Source of the DNA: Planctomycetaceae bacterium
GTDB lineage: Bacteria; Planctomycetota; Phycisphaerae; Phycisphaerales; UBA1924
NCBI GenBank assembly: GCA_027487735.1
Contig: JAIYDA010000130.1
Location: 1,930-65,929, forward strand
Direction: 5' to 3'
Length of the DNA: 64,000 nucleotides
The position numbers and the translations under genes are program-made. Below, in pieces: positions 1-8,825 of this stretch. Numbering within the stretch: position 1 is the stretch's first letter; each line of letters starts with the position of its first letter. The notes below the pieces were generated by a model that was not told where the DNA came from, did not search any database, and saw nothing but the letters and a program-made list of their open reading frames with translations.

Positions 1-1378
1 GCCAGAAGATGTCCAGGTTCGCCTTGTCGCGCTTCATCAGCTCGTCATAGTCAAAGGCTCGCCAGCGTCCTTCGGGTCCGACGCCGCTTTTCCCTTCCGC
101 CTCCGCCCATGTCGGCTTTCTCGTGTGCCGCCCGTCCGGCTTGTAGCACGCCACAAAATCGTCGAGGTCGGCCCGTTTCAGCGGTCGCTCCTTCTGCGTG
201 AAATGCATGTTGGTCCGCAGGTCATAGACCCACAGCTTCTTCGTCCACGGTGCTTCTTGCGCAGGCTTCGCGTCGAAGAACAACACATTGGCCTTCACGC
301 CCTGCGCATAGAAGATGCCCGTGGGGAGGCGCAATAGCGTGTGCACGTCAAACTGCTTCAGCAGGTTGCGCCGCACCGTCTCCCCCGCGCCGCCCTCGAA
401 GAGCACGTTGTCGGGTAGCACGACCGCCGCGCGGCCGTTCACTTTCAGCAGCGTCTTGATGTGCTGTACGAAGTTGAGCTGCTTGTTCTTGGTTGTCGTC
501 CAAAAATCTTGCCGCTCGTATGAGTTGTCTTCCTTCTCCAGCTCGCCGCCCTCGCCGACGATCGAGATGCTGCTCTTCTTGCCGAAGGGCGGGTTGGTCA
601 GAATCATGCTGAACCGCTCGCCGGGGTCGCTGGCAAGCGAATCCACCCCGCTCTTCACCGGGCACGGGTCCGCGTCGATGCCGTGCAGGTACAGATTCAT
701 GATGCACAGCCGCGCCGTGGCGGCGACCAATTCCCAGGCGTGCACGAAGTTCCGTTTGAGGTGCCTCTTTTGGTCCGGGTCCAGGTCGTTGCCGAAGTGG
801 TCCACGACGTACTTGTGCGCCGCGAGCAGGAACCCGCCCGTGCCCGCCGCTGGATCGCAGACGGTGTCCTCGGGCGTCGGGCGCATGACATCGACCATCG
901 CCTTGATCAGTTCCCTCGGCGTGAAGTACTGACCCGCGCCCTTGGGGCTCTCCGCCGCCGAGCGTGCCAGCAGCCCCTCATAGATGTCCCCCTTGATGTC
1001 CGAGTCCATCCGCGTCCACTGCTCGGCTCCGATCAGGTCCACGATCAGCCGCTTGAGCGTGGCCGGATTCTGGATCTCCATCCGGGCCTTCTTAAAAATC
1101 TCACCGAGCATCCCCGGCTTGTTCCCCAGTGTTTCGAGCACAAGGCGGTAGTGCGTCTCCAGCTCCGCGCCATCGAGCTTGAGCAGCGACTCCCACGACC
1201 ACTTCGCCGGCACGATCGCCGGCCGGTTGTACGGCGGCCGCGTCATTTCATCGGCCATCTTCAGGAAGAGCAGAAACGTGATCTGCTCGGTGTACGCCAT
1301 GTACGAAAGCCCGTCGTCCCGCAGGACGTGGGCGTAGTTCCAGGCTTTATTGACGATCTGGGAGGTTTCTGGAGGCAT
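1..1378 (-). CDS. hsdM: Type I restriction-modification N6-adenine DNA methyltransferase subunit M; 3' end runs off the window
   Basis: Absent from the ORF track because the window edge truncates it. My translation of the minus strand from the ATG at 1378-1376 gives MPPETSQIVNKAWNYAHVLRDDGLSYMAYTEQITFLLFLKMADE... The SAM motif DPAAGTGGFL and catalytic NPPFG are present. It is co-directional with hsdR/hsdS. Confidence 0.9.
   Translation of the reverse strand, partial: MPPETSQIVNKAWNYAHVLRDDGLSYMAYTEQITFLLFLKMADEMTRPPYNRPAIVPAKWSWESLLKLDGAELETHYRLVLETLGNKPGMLGEIFKKARMEIQNPATLKRLIVDLIGAEQWTRMDSDIKGDIYEGLLARSAAESPKGAGQYFTPRELIKAMVDVMRPTPEDTVCDPAAGTGGFLLAAHKYVVDHFGNDLDPDQKRHLKRNFVHAWELVAATARLCIMNLYLHGIDADPCPVKSGVDSLASDPGERFSMILTNPPFGKKSSISIVGEGGELEKEDNSYERQDFWTTTKNKQLNFVQHIKTLLKVNGRAAVVLPDNVLFEGGAGETVRRNLLKQFDVHTLLRLPTGIFYAQGVKANVLFFDAKPAQEAPWTKKLWVYDLRTNMHFTQKERPLKRADLDDFVACYKPDGRHTRKPTWAEAEGKSGVGPEGRWRAFDYDELMKRDKANLDIFW
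1326..1378 (-). repeat. Copy 1 of a 53-nt direct repeat (the true hsdM start region); partner at 2521-2573
   Basis: Ungapped hand alignment of plus strand 1326-1378 against 2521-2573 gives 37 of the first 40 and 43 of 53 positions identical. Both copies end in the complement of an ATG. Confidence 0.85.
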
Positions 1379-1386
1379 AAATGTCG

Positions 1387-2460
1387 TCACCTTGCGATGT
1401 GTGCCGGAGTGAGCGCCATCAAAGTCTTCACCGCATCAGCGCCCTTGGGCAGGAGATAGTGTCTGCGGAGCTTCCGAAGGCTGATGTAGCCGCTCGGGTC
1501 GCTCTCCCACTCGCCAGAAATCTTGCGGTAGAGGGAAAAGCACCCGCCGTCACCGACAAGTATCTTTGAGCAGTTGTGGAGTTGGTGTTTCTCGCAATAG
1601 CCGACAGCTTGCTCGACAACATCCTGGAGGGGATTGTCCATGCCCTTGGCCTCGCACACGAGCCCGCACGAGGACGGAGTTGTTGGCGCGTGCGTAAACA
1701 CGGCCAAGTCAATCTTCCGCCATTCAACCGCCAAGAGCTGCTCGGACCACCCGAGGGCGAGCATGAGCGGGAGGATCATGTGGGCGACGACCTCGTGCTC
1801 GGTCGGTCGCCCCGGCGATCGTTCCTCGCCGTACCAAGCAAGCAGGCCACGGAGTTTCCGGATTGCGCGTTCAACGTGCAGGCAAGCCTCGTAGCCTAAT
1901 CCTTCTCGAAAGAGAGCGTCGGACAACTGCTCCGGGCTGAGCGGCGCGGGCGGCACTTCTGGCAGGTCTCGAAGAGAACGGCGCGTTACCTGCGGAAGAA
2001 GGTGGCGGATAGGGTCCAGACTCGTCGCATCTTTAACGCGCGAGAACGTTGTCACTCGTGGCCGATGTTGAAACAAGCCACTCGAAGACTGGATTTGTTG
2101 GAGCGCTGCATCGTGCTGCCGTTGCCAGATGACACGGCGGCAATGCTCAAGATCCCACCCGTAGATATCGTCGAAGAGCGTGGTGTGGAAGTAGTCACTC
2201 TCCACCACACCGATGGAAAGCACGTTGTACCCAGAGCGCAGGAGCACCAAGTCACCCGACTGCACCTCGGTCGCAATTTGACGGATGTACGTGATCTTGC
2301 CCTCGCCCTCCACTTGAGCCTCTGGATTCTCGTCATAGAGGCTCGATGAATAGGGCCCGAACCGGCCCGGTCCGAGGAACATCACATCGTGATCGAGAAA
2401 CAGGCGCTGATAGCGTCGTCCCTTCTCCCCGCACGCGATTTGCCATACCTGAGGATTCAC
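1387..2460 (-). CDS. Cassette gene B: hypothetical nuclease with an unassigned N-terminal module and an HsdR_N-like PD-(D/E)xK endonuclease domain
   Basis: The ORF track gives 1387..2466 with a TTG start. I prefer the GTG at 2460, preceded by AGGAG (2468-2472) at a 7-nt spacing. The C-terminal half reads EHEVVAHMILPLMLALGW...IDLAVF...VCEAKG, the same D...ExK pattern as the N-terminus of the hsdR in this window (FADYLL...VIEAKSEG). The N-terminal ~130 aa (VWQIACGEKG...GDLVLLRSGYNVLSIGVVESDY) are unassigned. Third-position GC looks lower than in the housekeeping genes. Confidence 0.6.
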   Translation of the reverse strand: MNPQVWQIACGEKGRRYQRLFLDHDVMFLGPGRFGPYSSSLYDENPEAQVEGEGKITYIRQIATEVQSGDLVLLRSGYNVLSIGVVESDYFHTTLFDDIYGWDLEHCRRVIWQRQHDAALQQIQSSSGLFQHRPRVTTFSRVKDATSLDPIRHLLPQVTRRSLRDLPEVPPAPLSPEQLSDALFREGLGYEACLHVERAIRKLRGLLAWYGEERSPGRPTEHEVVAHMILPLMLALGWSEQLLAVEWRKIDLAVFTHAPTTPSSCGLVCEAKGMDNPLQDVVEQAVGYCEKHQLHNCSKILVGDGGCFSLYRKISGEWESDPSGYISLRKLRRHYLLPKGADAVKTLMALTPAHIAR

Positions 2461-2573
2461 TCGCAAGCTCCTAGGGAACGGCCGATGGAAACGGTTTGCG
2501 ACCGCTCCTTACTCTGTAGAACGTGGGCGTACTTCGAGGCTTTGTTGACGATCTGGGAGGAGTTAGCCGTCAT
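2457..2573 (-). pseudogene. hsdM-prime: duplicated first ~19 codons of hsdM fused to 19 unrelated codons, forming a 38-codon leader ORF coupled to gene B
   Basis: Hand translation gives MTANSSQIVNKASKYAHVLQSKERSQTVSIGRSLGACE*, compared with the hsdM start MPPETSQIVNKAWNYAHVL. Its ATG (2573) lies 4 nt after the stop of gene A. Its TGA (2459-2457) overlaps the GTG start of B (2460-2458) as GTGA. Confidence 0.6.
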
Positions 2574-2577
2574 GCGT

Positions 2578-3981
2578 TCATGCTCGATGTTCTCTTGTCG
2601 AATCAAACGACTGTGCCAGCAGGCAAGCAATCCTGTACACAGTCCAAACGCGGGATATCAACGGCACATCAGGTAGGTTCCACCCATCGCCGTTCGACCA
2701 AGACCATTTCTCCAGCGCATTTCGATCATTCGCGGCCGCCGCCGCACCAAGCTCCGCTGCCACGGACTTAATGGAAGGTGTTGCTTCGGTGGACTTCGAA
2801 ACAAACAAGGCGCACGTGCGAAGCGCATCGCAGACGATCTTGTCTCGTACCGCTTCGCGCACACACGACCAATCGAAACGGCTCTCGAGGGCATTCAACA
2901 GATCTTCAATGGCTCGAAATTCCTCGGAGTTCATGTCGACAAGCCTGGCAGCGGCCTTGTCGCGTGTAAGCAAAGAACGCGCGGACGCCCACACCTCACC
3001 AGACTCTATGGCCTTCGCGAGAAGCGTGCGTGCGCTATTGCTCGTCTCGACGACAGGCGGCTTCTCCACAGGCGCCAAGCTTTGGGCTATAGCCTCGCGA
3101 CTGAGTGCTTTCAAGATCCGTGCACGCCAGCGAACGCGCTCAAACGCTGTCAGAGATGCAACATGGCCGGAATCCCCAGTGTCCGCGTCGTTCACGGCTC
3201 GGCGGTCATACCCGTGGACGTAGAGCGACCTGGATACATAAGCCCCATTGAAAAATGCGCGCCGTTCAGGATCATCGCCATACCGACTGCACAAAGCGTT
3301 CACGAATCGACGTTGCCCATCGCTTCTGGTGTCAATGCCCATTGCAGCTTCGATGGCAGCGCAGTGCGTGGCACAGTCATGCGCAAAGCTGCCAAATAGT
3401 TGGTCATTGAAATGAGTGCGAAAGTACTGGCGAACCGCGACGATGCGGCGGTCTTGCGGATCGTGAGCCATGAGCGCGAGTAGGGCGCTCGCGTCTGCTC
3501 GGTCAACATGAAGTCGCCTTGCTCTGTCCATTCCACGGATAGAGAGGGGCGGGAACACACGAAAGTATTTGGCGCTTTCCATGGCCCTCACGTACTTTGA
3601 GTATAAAGTAACGTTTTGCGACGGGTCACTGGCGTCGCCGGGCACAGACAATCCGTAACAGGCGAATTGCTCCGCCGCAATGCTTTGACGGCCATCGTCG
3701 GCCAACCAATGCAGTACGGCTGCGATCTCCTCCATGTATCGCTGCAGCCAGTCGGGATCATCCGAGCGCACCAAAGTGCCGTAGATGGGGTCGCCGTCGC
3801 GACCTTCCCATGTGTATGGCAATGTCCGAAAAATCGTCATGTATTCCGGACGCTTGCGACCCATCCGCGTGTTCCATACCTCGTCGCTGTCGTCCAAGAC
3901 CTCCGCTTTGCCAAGTGCCAACGACTGCGCTTCACCGTGCTTCCACTGAACCGACAAGTATGGTAACCACAAGAAAATCAC
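2578..3981 (-). CDS. Cassette gene A: hypothetical protein with a candidate HEPN-type Rx4H motif
   Basis: The ORF track gives 2578..4362, but everything upstream of 3981 overlaps hsdS. The GTG at 3981 overlaps the hsdS stop (GTGA) and follows AGGAAG. An alternative ATG lies at 3864. The motif SRSLYVHG (R-x4-H) follows the helical-looking FAHDCATHCAAIEAAMGI. There is no P-loop and no recognisable R, M or S domain. Confidence 0.55.
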   Translation of the reverse strand: MIFLWLPYLSVQWKHGEAQSLALGKAEVLDDSDEVWNTRMGRKRPEYMTIFRTLPYTWEGRDGDPIYGTLVRSDDPDWLQRYMEEIAAVLHWLADDGRQSIAAEQFACYGLSVPGDASDPSQNVTLYSKYVRAMESAKYFRVFPPLSIRGMDRARRLHVDRADASALLALMAHDPQDRRIVAVRQYFRTHFNDQLFGSFAHDCATHCAAIEAAMGIDTRSDGQRRFVNALCSRYGDDPERRAFFNGAYVSRSLYVHGYDRRAVNDADTGDSGHVASLTAFERVRWRARILKALSREAIAQSLAPVEKPPVVETSNSARTLLAKAIESGEVWASARSLLTRDKAAARLVDMNSEEFRAIEDLLNALESRFDWSCVREAVRDKIVCDALRTCALFVSKSTEATPSIKSVAAELGAAAAANDRNALEKWSWSNGDGWNLPDVPLISRVWTVYRIACLLAQSFDSTREHRA

Positions 3982-5588
3982 TTCTTGGTACTTCCTAGGG
4001 AGTGGACCTTTGCTTTGACCCGTGAAGCCGGAGGACAGGAACGTGGCGATGAACCTGCTTGAGTGTCCACGACAATCGGACGGTCGCTCGGGTCTTGCGG
4101 CACGAGTTCGCCCTCGAAGGCGCGTTTGAGGATGGCTTGGCGGAGGCGGGCGGCGCGCTGGAGGGCGTGCTCGACCTGCGTCTCGGCGGCGTCGGCGACG
4201 GAGAGGCGGCGATCGACCTCGGCGACGATCTCGGCTTGTTCGGCGAGCGGCGGCAACGGAAGCGGAAGCGCCCGCGACATGCTCACCGAAATGTTGTGCT
4301 GTCCAGCCGTTGCCTTCGCCTGAGAGGTGATCCATTGCAGAACCGGATCGGCGAGCAGGCATGTCGCCAGATAACGGTTAGTGATGCCTGGGCCTGCGCG
4401 GAAAGACACGATAGCTTGGTTCGTGTTCCATTCCGGGTAGAGGTCCGGCACGATCGACACTTTGCCCAGCGGAGGCCCCACGATGTTCATCAGCACATCG
4501 CCCGGAATCGCACGAGAGCGATTCAGTCTCCCGCGGTGTGTCTGCCGCGCGATGAATGTGGGCTTGATTGTGAAGTCCAATGCGCCGGTGAAGGTGAGGT
4601 TGTAGACCTTGATGAACGGCACTTCTCCGCTCCCCGCCTGCATCTCGTCAGGCGGCGGCGTGCTTCCGCTCTCGATACTCGTGCAAAGCTGAAGCGATCC
4701 CGCCCATGACCACGAGGGTGGCAGTTGGAAGGGGAATGGGGCATGGGGCGACGGCGGCTCCTCGTACTTCTCCCTCCACCCCTTCGGTGGCGTCTTCCCC
4801 GCCTCCTTGAACTTGCGGAGTTGGTCCTGCTCCCACTTGGCGCGGCGTTCGGCGAGGATGCGTTCGAGGAGCTTGGCGGCGGGCTCGGTGGCCGGGTGCC
4901 GCGTGCGCCATTCCTCGGTCAGACGCCCCTCGACGGCGGCCTTGAGCACGGCCGCGCGGTACCGCTTCAGGTTCGCCCTCACCCGCTCCAACGCGGCCAC
5001 GCCCGCATCGAGGTCGGAGAAGAGTTCCTCGATCTTGGCAACGATGCGGCGCTGTTCGGCAACAGGTGGCAGACCGATGCTCAGCGCCTTCGCCTCCGGA
5101 AAGTAGATCGTTGTGTGCGTGGTGCCCTTACCGAACTTGAGCAGGCTATCGCGCTCGGCGATTAGCAAGTACATCAAGAACTCTGGCGCGAGCGCATCGG
5201 AACACTTCCAGTTCACGAAGTCTTGGCTCGTCGCCATCGGTCGGTCCATGATGGTGACGTAGCCGACGGATGCCGTTCGAGAGAGGCAAACAGTGTTCGC
5301 TGGCAGCAGCACAGATGCCGAGTTGTCCAACCCGGCCTGCGTCACCGTCTGAAAGGTGGAGGTGATCCTGCGCCCGTGGAATACGCGGGCGTCCTTGATG
5401 CCGATCCACGCGATGTCGCCGTCCCAGTATTTCGGATGATTGCGACTCGGCGTATGGCCCGTCGCCATCTCCGCGACATCAGTGAGGCGCACCCACTTCC
5501 AGCCGCGGGCGAGCGGCATGTCGGGGATGCCCACCGCGATCGCGTACTTCCCTGGCGTAACGTCTGATGTGGCGGCGCGACCACTCAT
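3978..5588 (-). CDS. hsdS: Type I restriction-modification specificity subunit S (two target-recognition domains)
   Basis: The conserved-region signatures LPPVAEQRRIVAKIEELFSDLDAGVAALERVRANLKRYRAAVLKAAVEG and LPPLAEQAEIVAEVDRRLSVADAAE each follow a variable domain. The ATG at 5588 overlaps the hsdR stop (ATGA). Confidence 0.9.
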   Translation of the reverse strand: MSGRAATSDVTPGKYAIAVGIPDMPLARGWKWVRLTDVAEMATGHTPSRNHPKYWDGDIAWIGIKDARVFHGRRITSTFQTVTQAGLDNSASVLLPANTVCLSRTASVGYVTIMDRPMATSQDFVNWKCSDALAPEFLMYLLIAERDSLLKFGKGTTHTTIYFPEAKALSIGLPPVAEQRRIVAKIEELFSDLDAGVAALERVRANLKRYRAAVLKAAVEGRLTEEWRTRHPATEPAAKLLERILAERRAKWEQDQLRKFKEAGKTPPKGWREKYEEPPSPHAPFPFQLPPSWSWAGSLQLCTSIESGSTPPPDEMQAGSGEVPFIKVYNLTFTGALDFTIKPTFIARQTHRGRLNRSRAIPGDVLMNIVGPPLGKVSIVPDLYPEWNTNQAIVSFRAGPGITNRYLATCLLADPVLQWITSQAKATAGQHNISVSMSRALPLPLPPLAEQAEIVAEVDRRLSVADAAETQVEHALQRAARLRQAILKRAFEGELVPQDPSDRPIVVDTQAGSSPRSCPPASRVKAKVHSLGSTKK

Positions 5589-8410
5589 GCCACCAACCTC
5601 TCATTCATCTCGCTCAGCAGCGTCGGCAGCGACTCGCCGAAGACCTCGTACGCCGCGCCCAGCCCGCCCATCTGCTTGAAGGGCACATCCTCCAGCGCCT
5701 CGGCTTCGATGGCCAGCGATGCGGCGATGTGGTCCTTGATTGCATCGAGCCACTTGCGCTGCTGGGGGGCGAACGTCACTCCCGCCTTCGCTTTATCCGC
5801 CAGCCACGCCGCGTACCGCTCCTCCACGACCTCCTCAACCGGTACCAGCGGCGTCTTGCCATCGATCGCGTGTTTGACGAGCGCGACAAGATCGACGAGC
5901 TGTTTGCCACCTTTGCCCTTGGTAGTGCCTGTCTCAACGGCCTCGAAGGCGTTCCACAAGCGGCCGACTGTTTCGGGCTTCCTGGCATCGACAAAGAACG
6001 GTGACCCACTCAGTTTCAACGCGAGTTCCTTGACCTGTCCATACCGCAGGCCTGCACGGTAGGGCCGACTGTAGAGGATACGGATTGCCTCGATCTCGTC
6101 CTTGTTCTCTTCGACGAATGTCTTGAATGAAGTGACAACCGAACGTGCCTTTTCGAGTGCGGCCGCATCGAACCCTACTCGAACAAGCGAGTCATGATTG
6201 ACTTCGTCAAAAACCTGCTCGGCGGCGGCCTTTACACGGAGGATGGTGTTGCGGAGCTTTGGGTTGAGGAACGGCTTGAGTGCCTCGGCCATCGCCGCCC
6301 GCTCGACCTGTTCGATCTGATGCTCGGTGGGTTCTTGACCTGGCGGAAGCTTGAGAGCTTCTGCGGCTCGCGCGGCGTTGATGTCGGTGTCGATACTCGC
6401 GAGCAGCGCGGCTGCAAGGCTTGAGAGGCCCTTGCCGCCCGCTTCCTTGCTGATCTCTGCTTTGCGATCATCGTCAAGCTCGCGATCGAGTCGCGCGAGG
6501 CGAGAGGCGAGCGTTGAGACGAGATCGTCACTCACTGCACCTGCTGCAACGGTGTTGAGAACTTTCTCGAGCGCAACCGACGGCTGGCGGTCGAGGGGTT
6601 TGGAGAGGGACTTCTCAGATTCGGTGACGCCGACGGCATCGACGATGACGAAGTGGGTCTTTTTGCCGCCTGGAGCGTGCTTCGTCACAACCTCGAGCAT
6701 GTCGGGGTGAATAATGCGACACCCTCGCCCCTTCATTTGCTCAAAGTAAGCAGCCGAAGTGATGTTCCTCATGAATAACAAACACTCAAGAGGTTTTACA
6801 TCCGTTCCCGTTGCAATCATGTCAACAGTGACGGCGACGCGAGGAAAGTGCTGGTTGCGAAAATCAGACAACAACTCATCGGGCTTTTTGCCAGTAGACT
6901 TACTTGTGATCTTTTGACAGAAATCGTTTCCTTTGCCGAACTCTTCTCGGATAATGCGAGTGATATCGTCAGCGTGCAAGTCAGTCTTGGCGAAGACGAG
7001 CGTCTTGGGACATTCGTATGTGCCAGTTTCTGCATCGAAACGGCCTGGAAAGATCTCCGGCAGCTTATCTCGAAACGTGCGAATCACCAGACGTATCTGA
7101 CTCTCGTTTACGACATCTCGGTCGAGTTGGGTGCCGGTGTACTGGACATCATCGTCGAGCGCTTCGTATCGCTTCTTGCGGGTTGTGCGATCACGGCGGG
7201 GCACGAGATAGTCTGGCTTTTTCGCCAGCGTCGCCCCGTCCTTCGTGACTTTGGTTTCGATGCGATACACGTCGTATCCGACATTGACGCCATCGAGCAC
7301 GGCTTGCTCGTGCGTGTACTCCATCACGAGGTTGCCGTTGAAAAAACCGATGGTTTGGGCGCTTGGAGTGGCGGTCAGACCAACGAGCGTGGCGTCGAAG
7401 TACTCCAACACCTGACGCCACACGTTGTAGATGGAGCGATGACACTCGTCGATGATGATGAAGTCGAAGAACTCTGGGGGAATCTTGTCGTTGTACACAA
7501 CGGGCAGAGGCTGCTTGATGAGAGCGTTTGCGGCCTCAAACATCGACGACTCTTCGCCCGTGTCATCAAAGGCTTCCTCCCCTTTGAGGATCGAGTAGAG
7601 CCGCTGGATCGTGGTGATGACGACCTTCGAAGCCGGATCAATCGAGTTCTTCTTGAGATGCTGAACGCCGTACTCCTCCGTGAACTTGTATTGGTTGTAT
7701 GGCGAGGAAAACTGCTGAAACTCATTCAGCGTTTGGCGTCCCAGGTTGTTCCGGTCTACGAGAAAGAGAACGCGCTTTGCACCACCAAACTTGATGAGTC
7801 TATAGGCAATGTTGCAAGCGGTGAATGTCTTGCCCGCACCCATGACCATTTGAATGAGAGCGCGCGGATGGTCGGCAGCGAGTGATCGCTCGAGATTCGT
7901 TATTGCCGTAACCTGCTTCTCCCAGAGCCGTGAAGCGTCCAACGGGGGCATGCCGCGAAGACTGGCTCGAAGCTGCGAATCGAGGCTCGCGAGTCTCGCC
8001 AACTCTTCCGGGCGATGGAATGCAAAGACCTCGCGGCTGCGAGGGTGCGGATCAAGAGTATTGGTGAAGTGGGTAACCGCCCCGGTGGACTCGTATGCAA
8101 ACGGCAACGGTGTCCCTTCGGGCATCCACCTCGGAAGGCCCTTGGGCAACCCCGCCGTGTACTTTGCCGACTGAGTTTCGACGCCCCGAAGGGTGTGGCC
8201 CTCAGACTTGGCCTCAATGACCCCAATCGCCTTCCCCATCGAGTACAGGAGATAGTCGGCAAAGCCGGTCGCGAGCGGAAACTCGCGTACCGCGACCCCG
8301 ATGCCCGCTCGAAGGTCCATGTCGCGATAGTCCTGCACACTCCAGCCGCACTGCGCCAAGATCCGATCGATCGTCTGCCGCGCGAGTTGTTCCGGGGAAG
8401 ATGGTGGCAC
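5585..8410 (-). CDS. hsdR: Type I restriction enzyme R subunit (HsdR_N nuclease plus SF2 helicase/translocase)
   Basis: N-terminus is QTIDRILAQCGWSV...FADYLL...VIEAKSEG. Walker A is MVMGAGKTFT, the DEAH-like box is IIIDECHRS, and the helicase C motifs are MIATGTDV and QMKGRGCR. The start codon at 8410 is GTG. Confidence 0.9.
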   Translation of the reverse strand: MPPSSPEQLARQTIDRILAQCGWSVQDYRDMDLRAGIGVAVREFPLATGFADYLLYSMGKAIGVIEAKSEGHTLRGVETQSAKYTAGLPKGLPRWMPEGTPLPFAYESTGAVTHFTNTLDPHPRSREVFAFHRPEELARLASLDSQLRASLRGMPPLDASRLWEKQVTAITNLERSLAADHPRALIQMVMGAGKTFTACNIAYRLIKFGGAKRVLFLVDRNNLGRQTLNEFQQFSSPYNQYKFTEEYGVQHLKKNSIDPASKVVITTIQRLYSILKGEEAFDDTGEESSMFEAANALIKQPLPVVYNDKIPPEFFDFIIIDECHRSIYNVWRQVLEYFDATLVGLTATPSAQTIGFFNGNLVMEYTHEQAVLDGVNVGYDVYRIETKVTKDGATLAKKPDYLVPRRDRTTRKKRYEALDDDVQYTGTQLDRDVVNESQIRLVIRTFRDKLPEIFPGRFDAETGTYECPKTLVFAKTDLHADDITRIIREEFGKGNDFCQKITSKSTGKKPDELLSDFRNQHFPRVAVTVDMIATGTDVKPLECLLFMRNITSAAYFEQMKGRGCRIIHPDMLEVVTKHAPGGKKTHFVIVDAVGVTESEKSLSKPLDRQPSVALEKVLNTVAAGAVSDDLVSTLASRLARLDRELDDDRKAEISKEAGGKGLSSLAAALLASIDTDINAARAAEALKLPPGQEPTEHQIEQVERAAMAEALKPFLNPKLRNTILRVKAAAEQVFDEVNHDSLVRVGFDAAALEKARSVVTSFKTFVEENKDEIEAIRILYSRPYRAGLRYGQVKELALKLSGSPFFVDARKPETVGRLWNAFEAVETGTTKGKGGKQLVDLVALVKHAIDGKTPLVPVEEVVEERYAAWLADKAKAGVTFAPQQRKWLDAIKDHIAASLAIEAEALEDVPFKQMGGLGAAYEVFGESLPTLLSEMNERLVA

Positions 8411-8825
8411 GTGAGGGCTCGAACTTGAGAAAGTTACACGACGCGAAGTGTAACCAGGCTTCGATGAGCACAGCGGCTTGGGTGTAGAGCCGCGCAGAAG
8501 AGCGGGCAGACATCATGTACATACCTCGCAAGTACAGTCCCACGCCTGCAAGCCTGAGCATTCCGCTTAGTGTTTCCGAGACGGATGTGCAGCAGCACTT
8601 GCGCCGCTGATGCTGGCTTCAATCTGCTGCTACACCCATGGTCTGCATTCCGCTCAAGGCCCTTGTACAGCCTGAGCCTCCTCGACAGGCGGCTGAGCCT
8701 TCGGGAGTGTTCTTCCCGGTCCTCGCCCGTTCCATTCGGTGTGGTACGTCATCGTTGCCGCGCGAGCGTGCCGACTCTCAGGCTGTGGTTGCTCCGAAGT
8801 TGGCGCACTGACCGACTCGGCGCGC

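Noticed and set aside
125-1459. Plus-strand ORFs 125..337, 250..459, 315..932 and 683..1459
   Set aside because: All are antisense to hsdM, whose translation shows canonical methyltransferase motifs. Their products are low-complexity.
3982-4362. N-terminal 127 codons of the 594-aa ORF 2578..4362
   Set aside because: This part lies entirely inside the well-supported hsdS gene in another frame and is Arg/Pro-rich (RRRRRRDAGRARPPARRPPPP). The real start is taken at the GTG at 3981 or the ATG at 3864.
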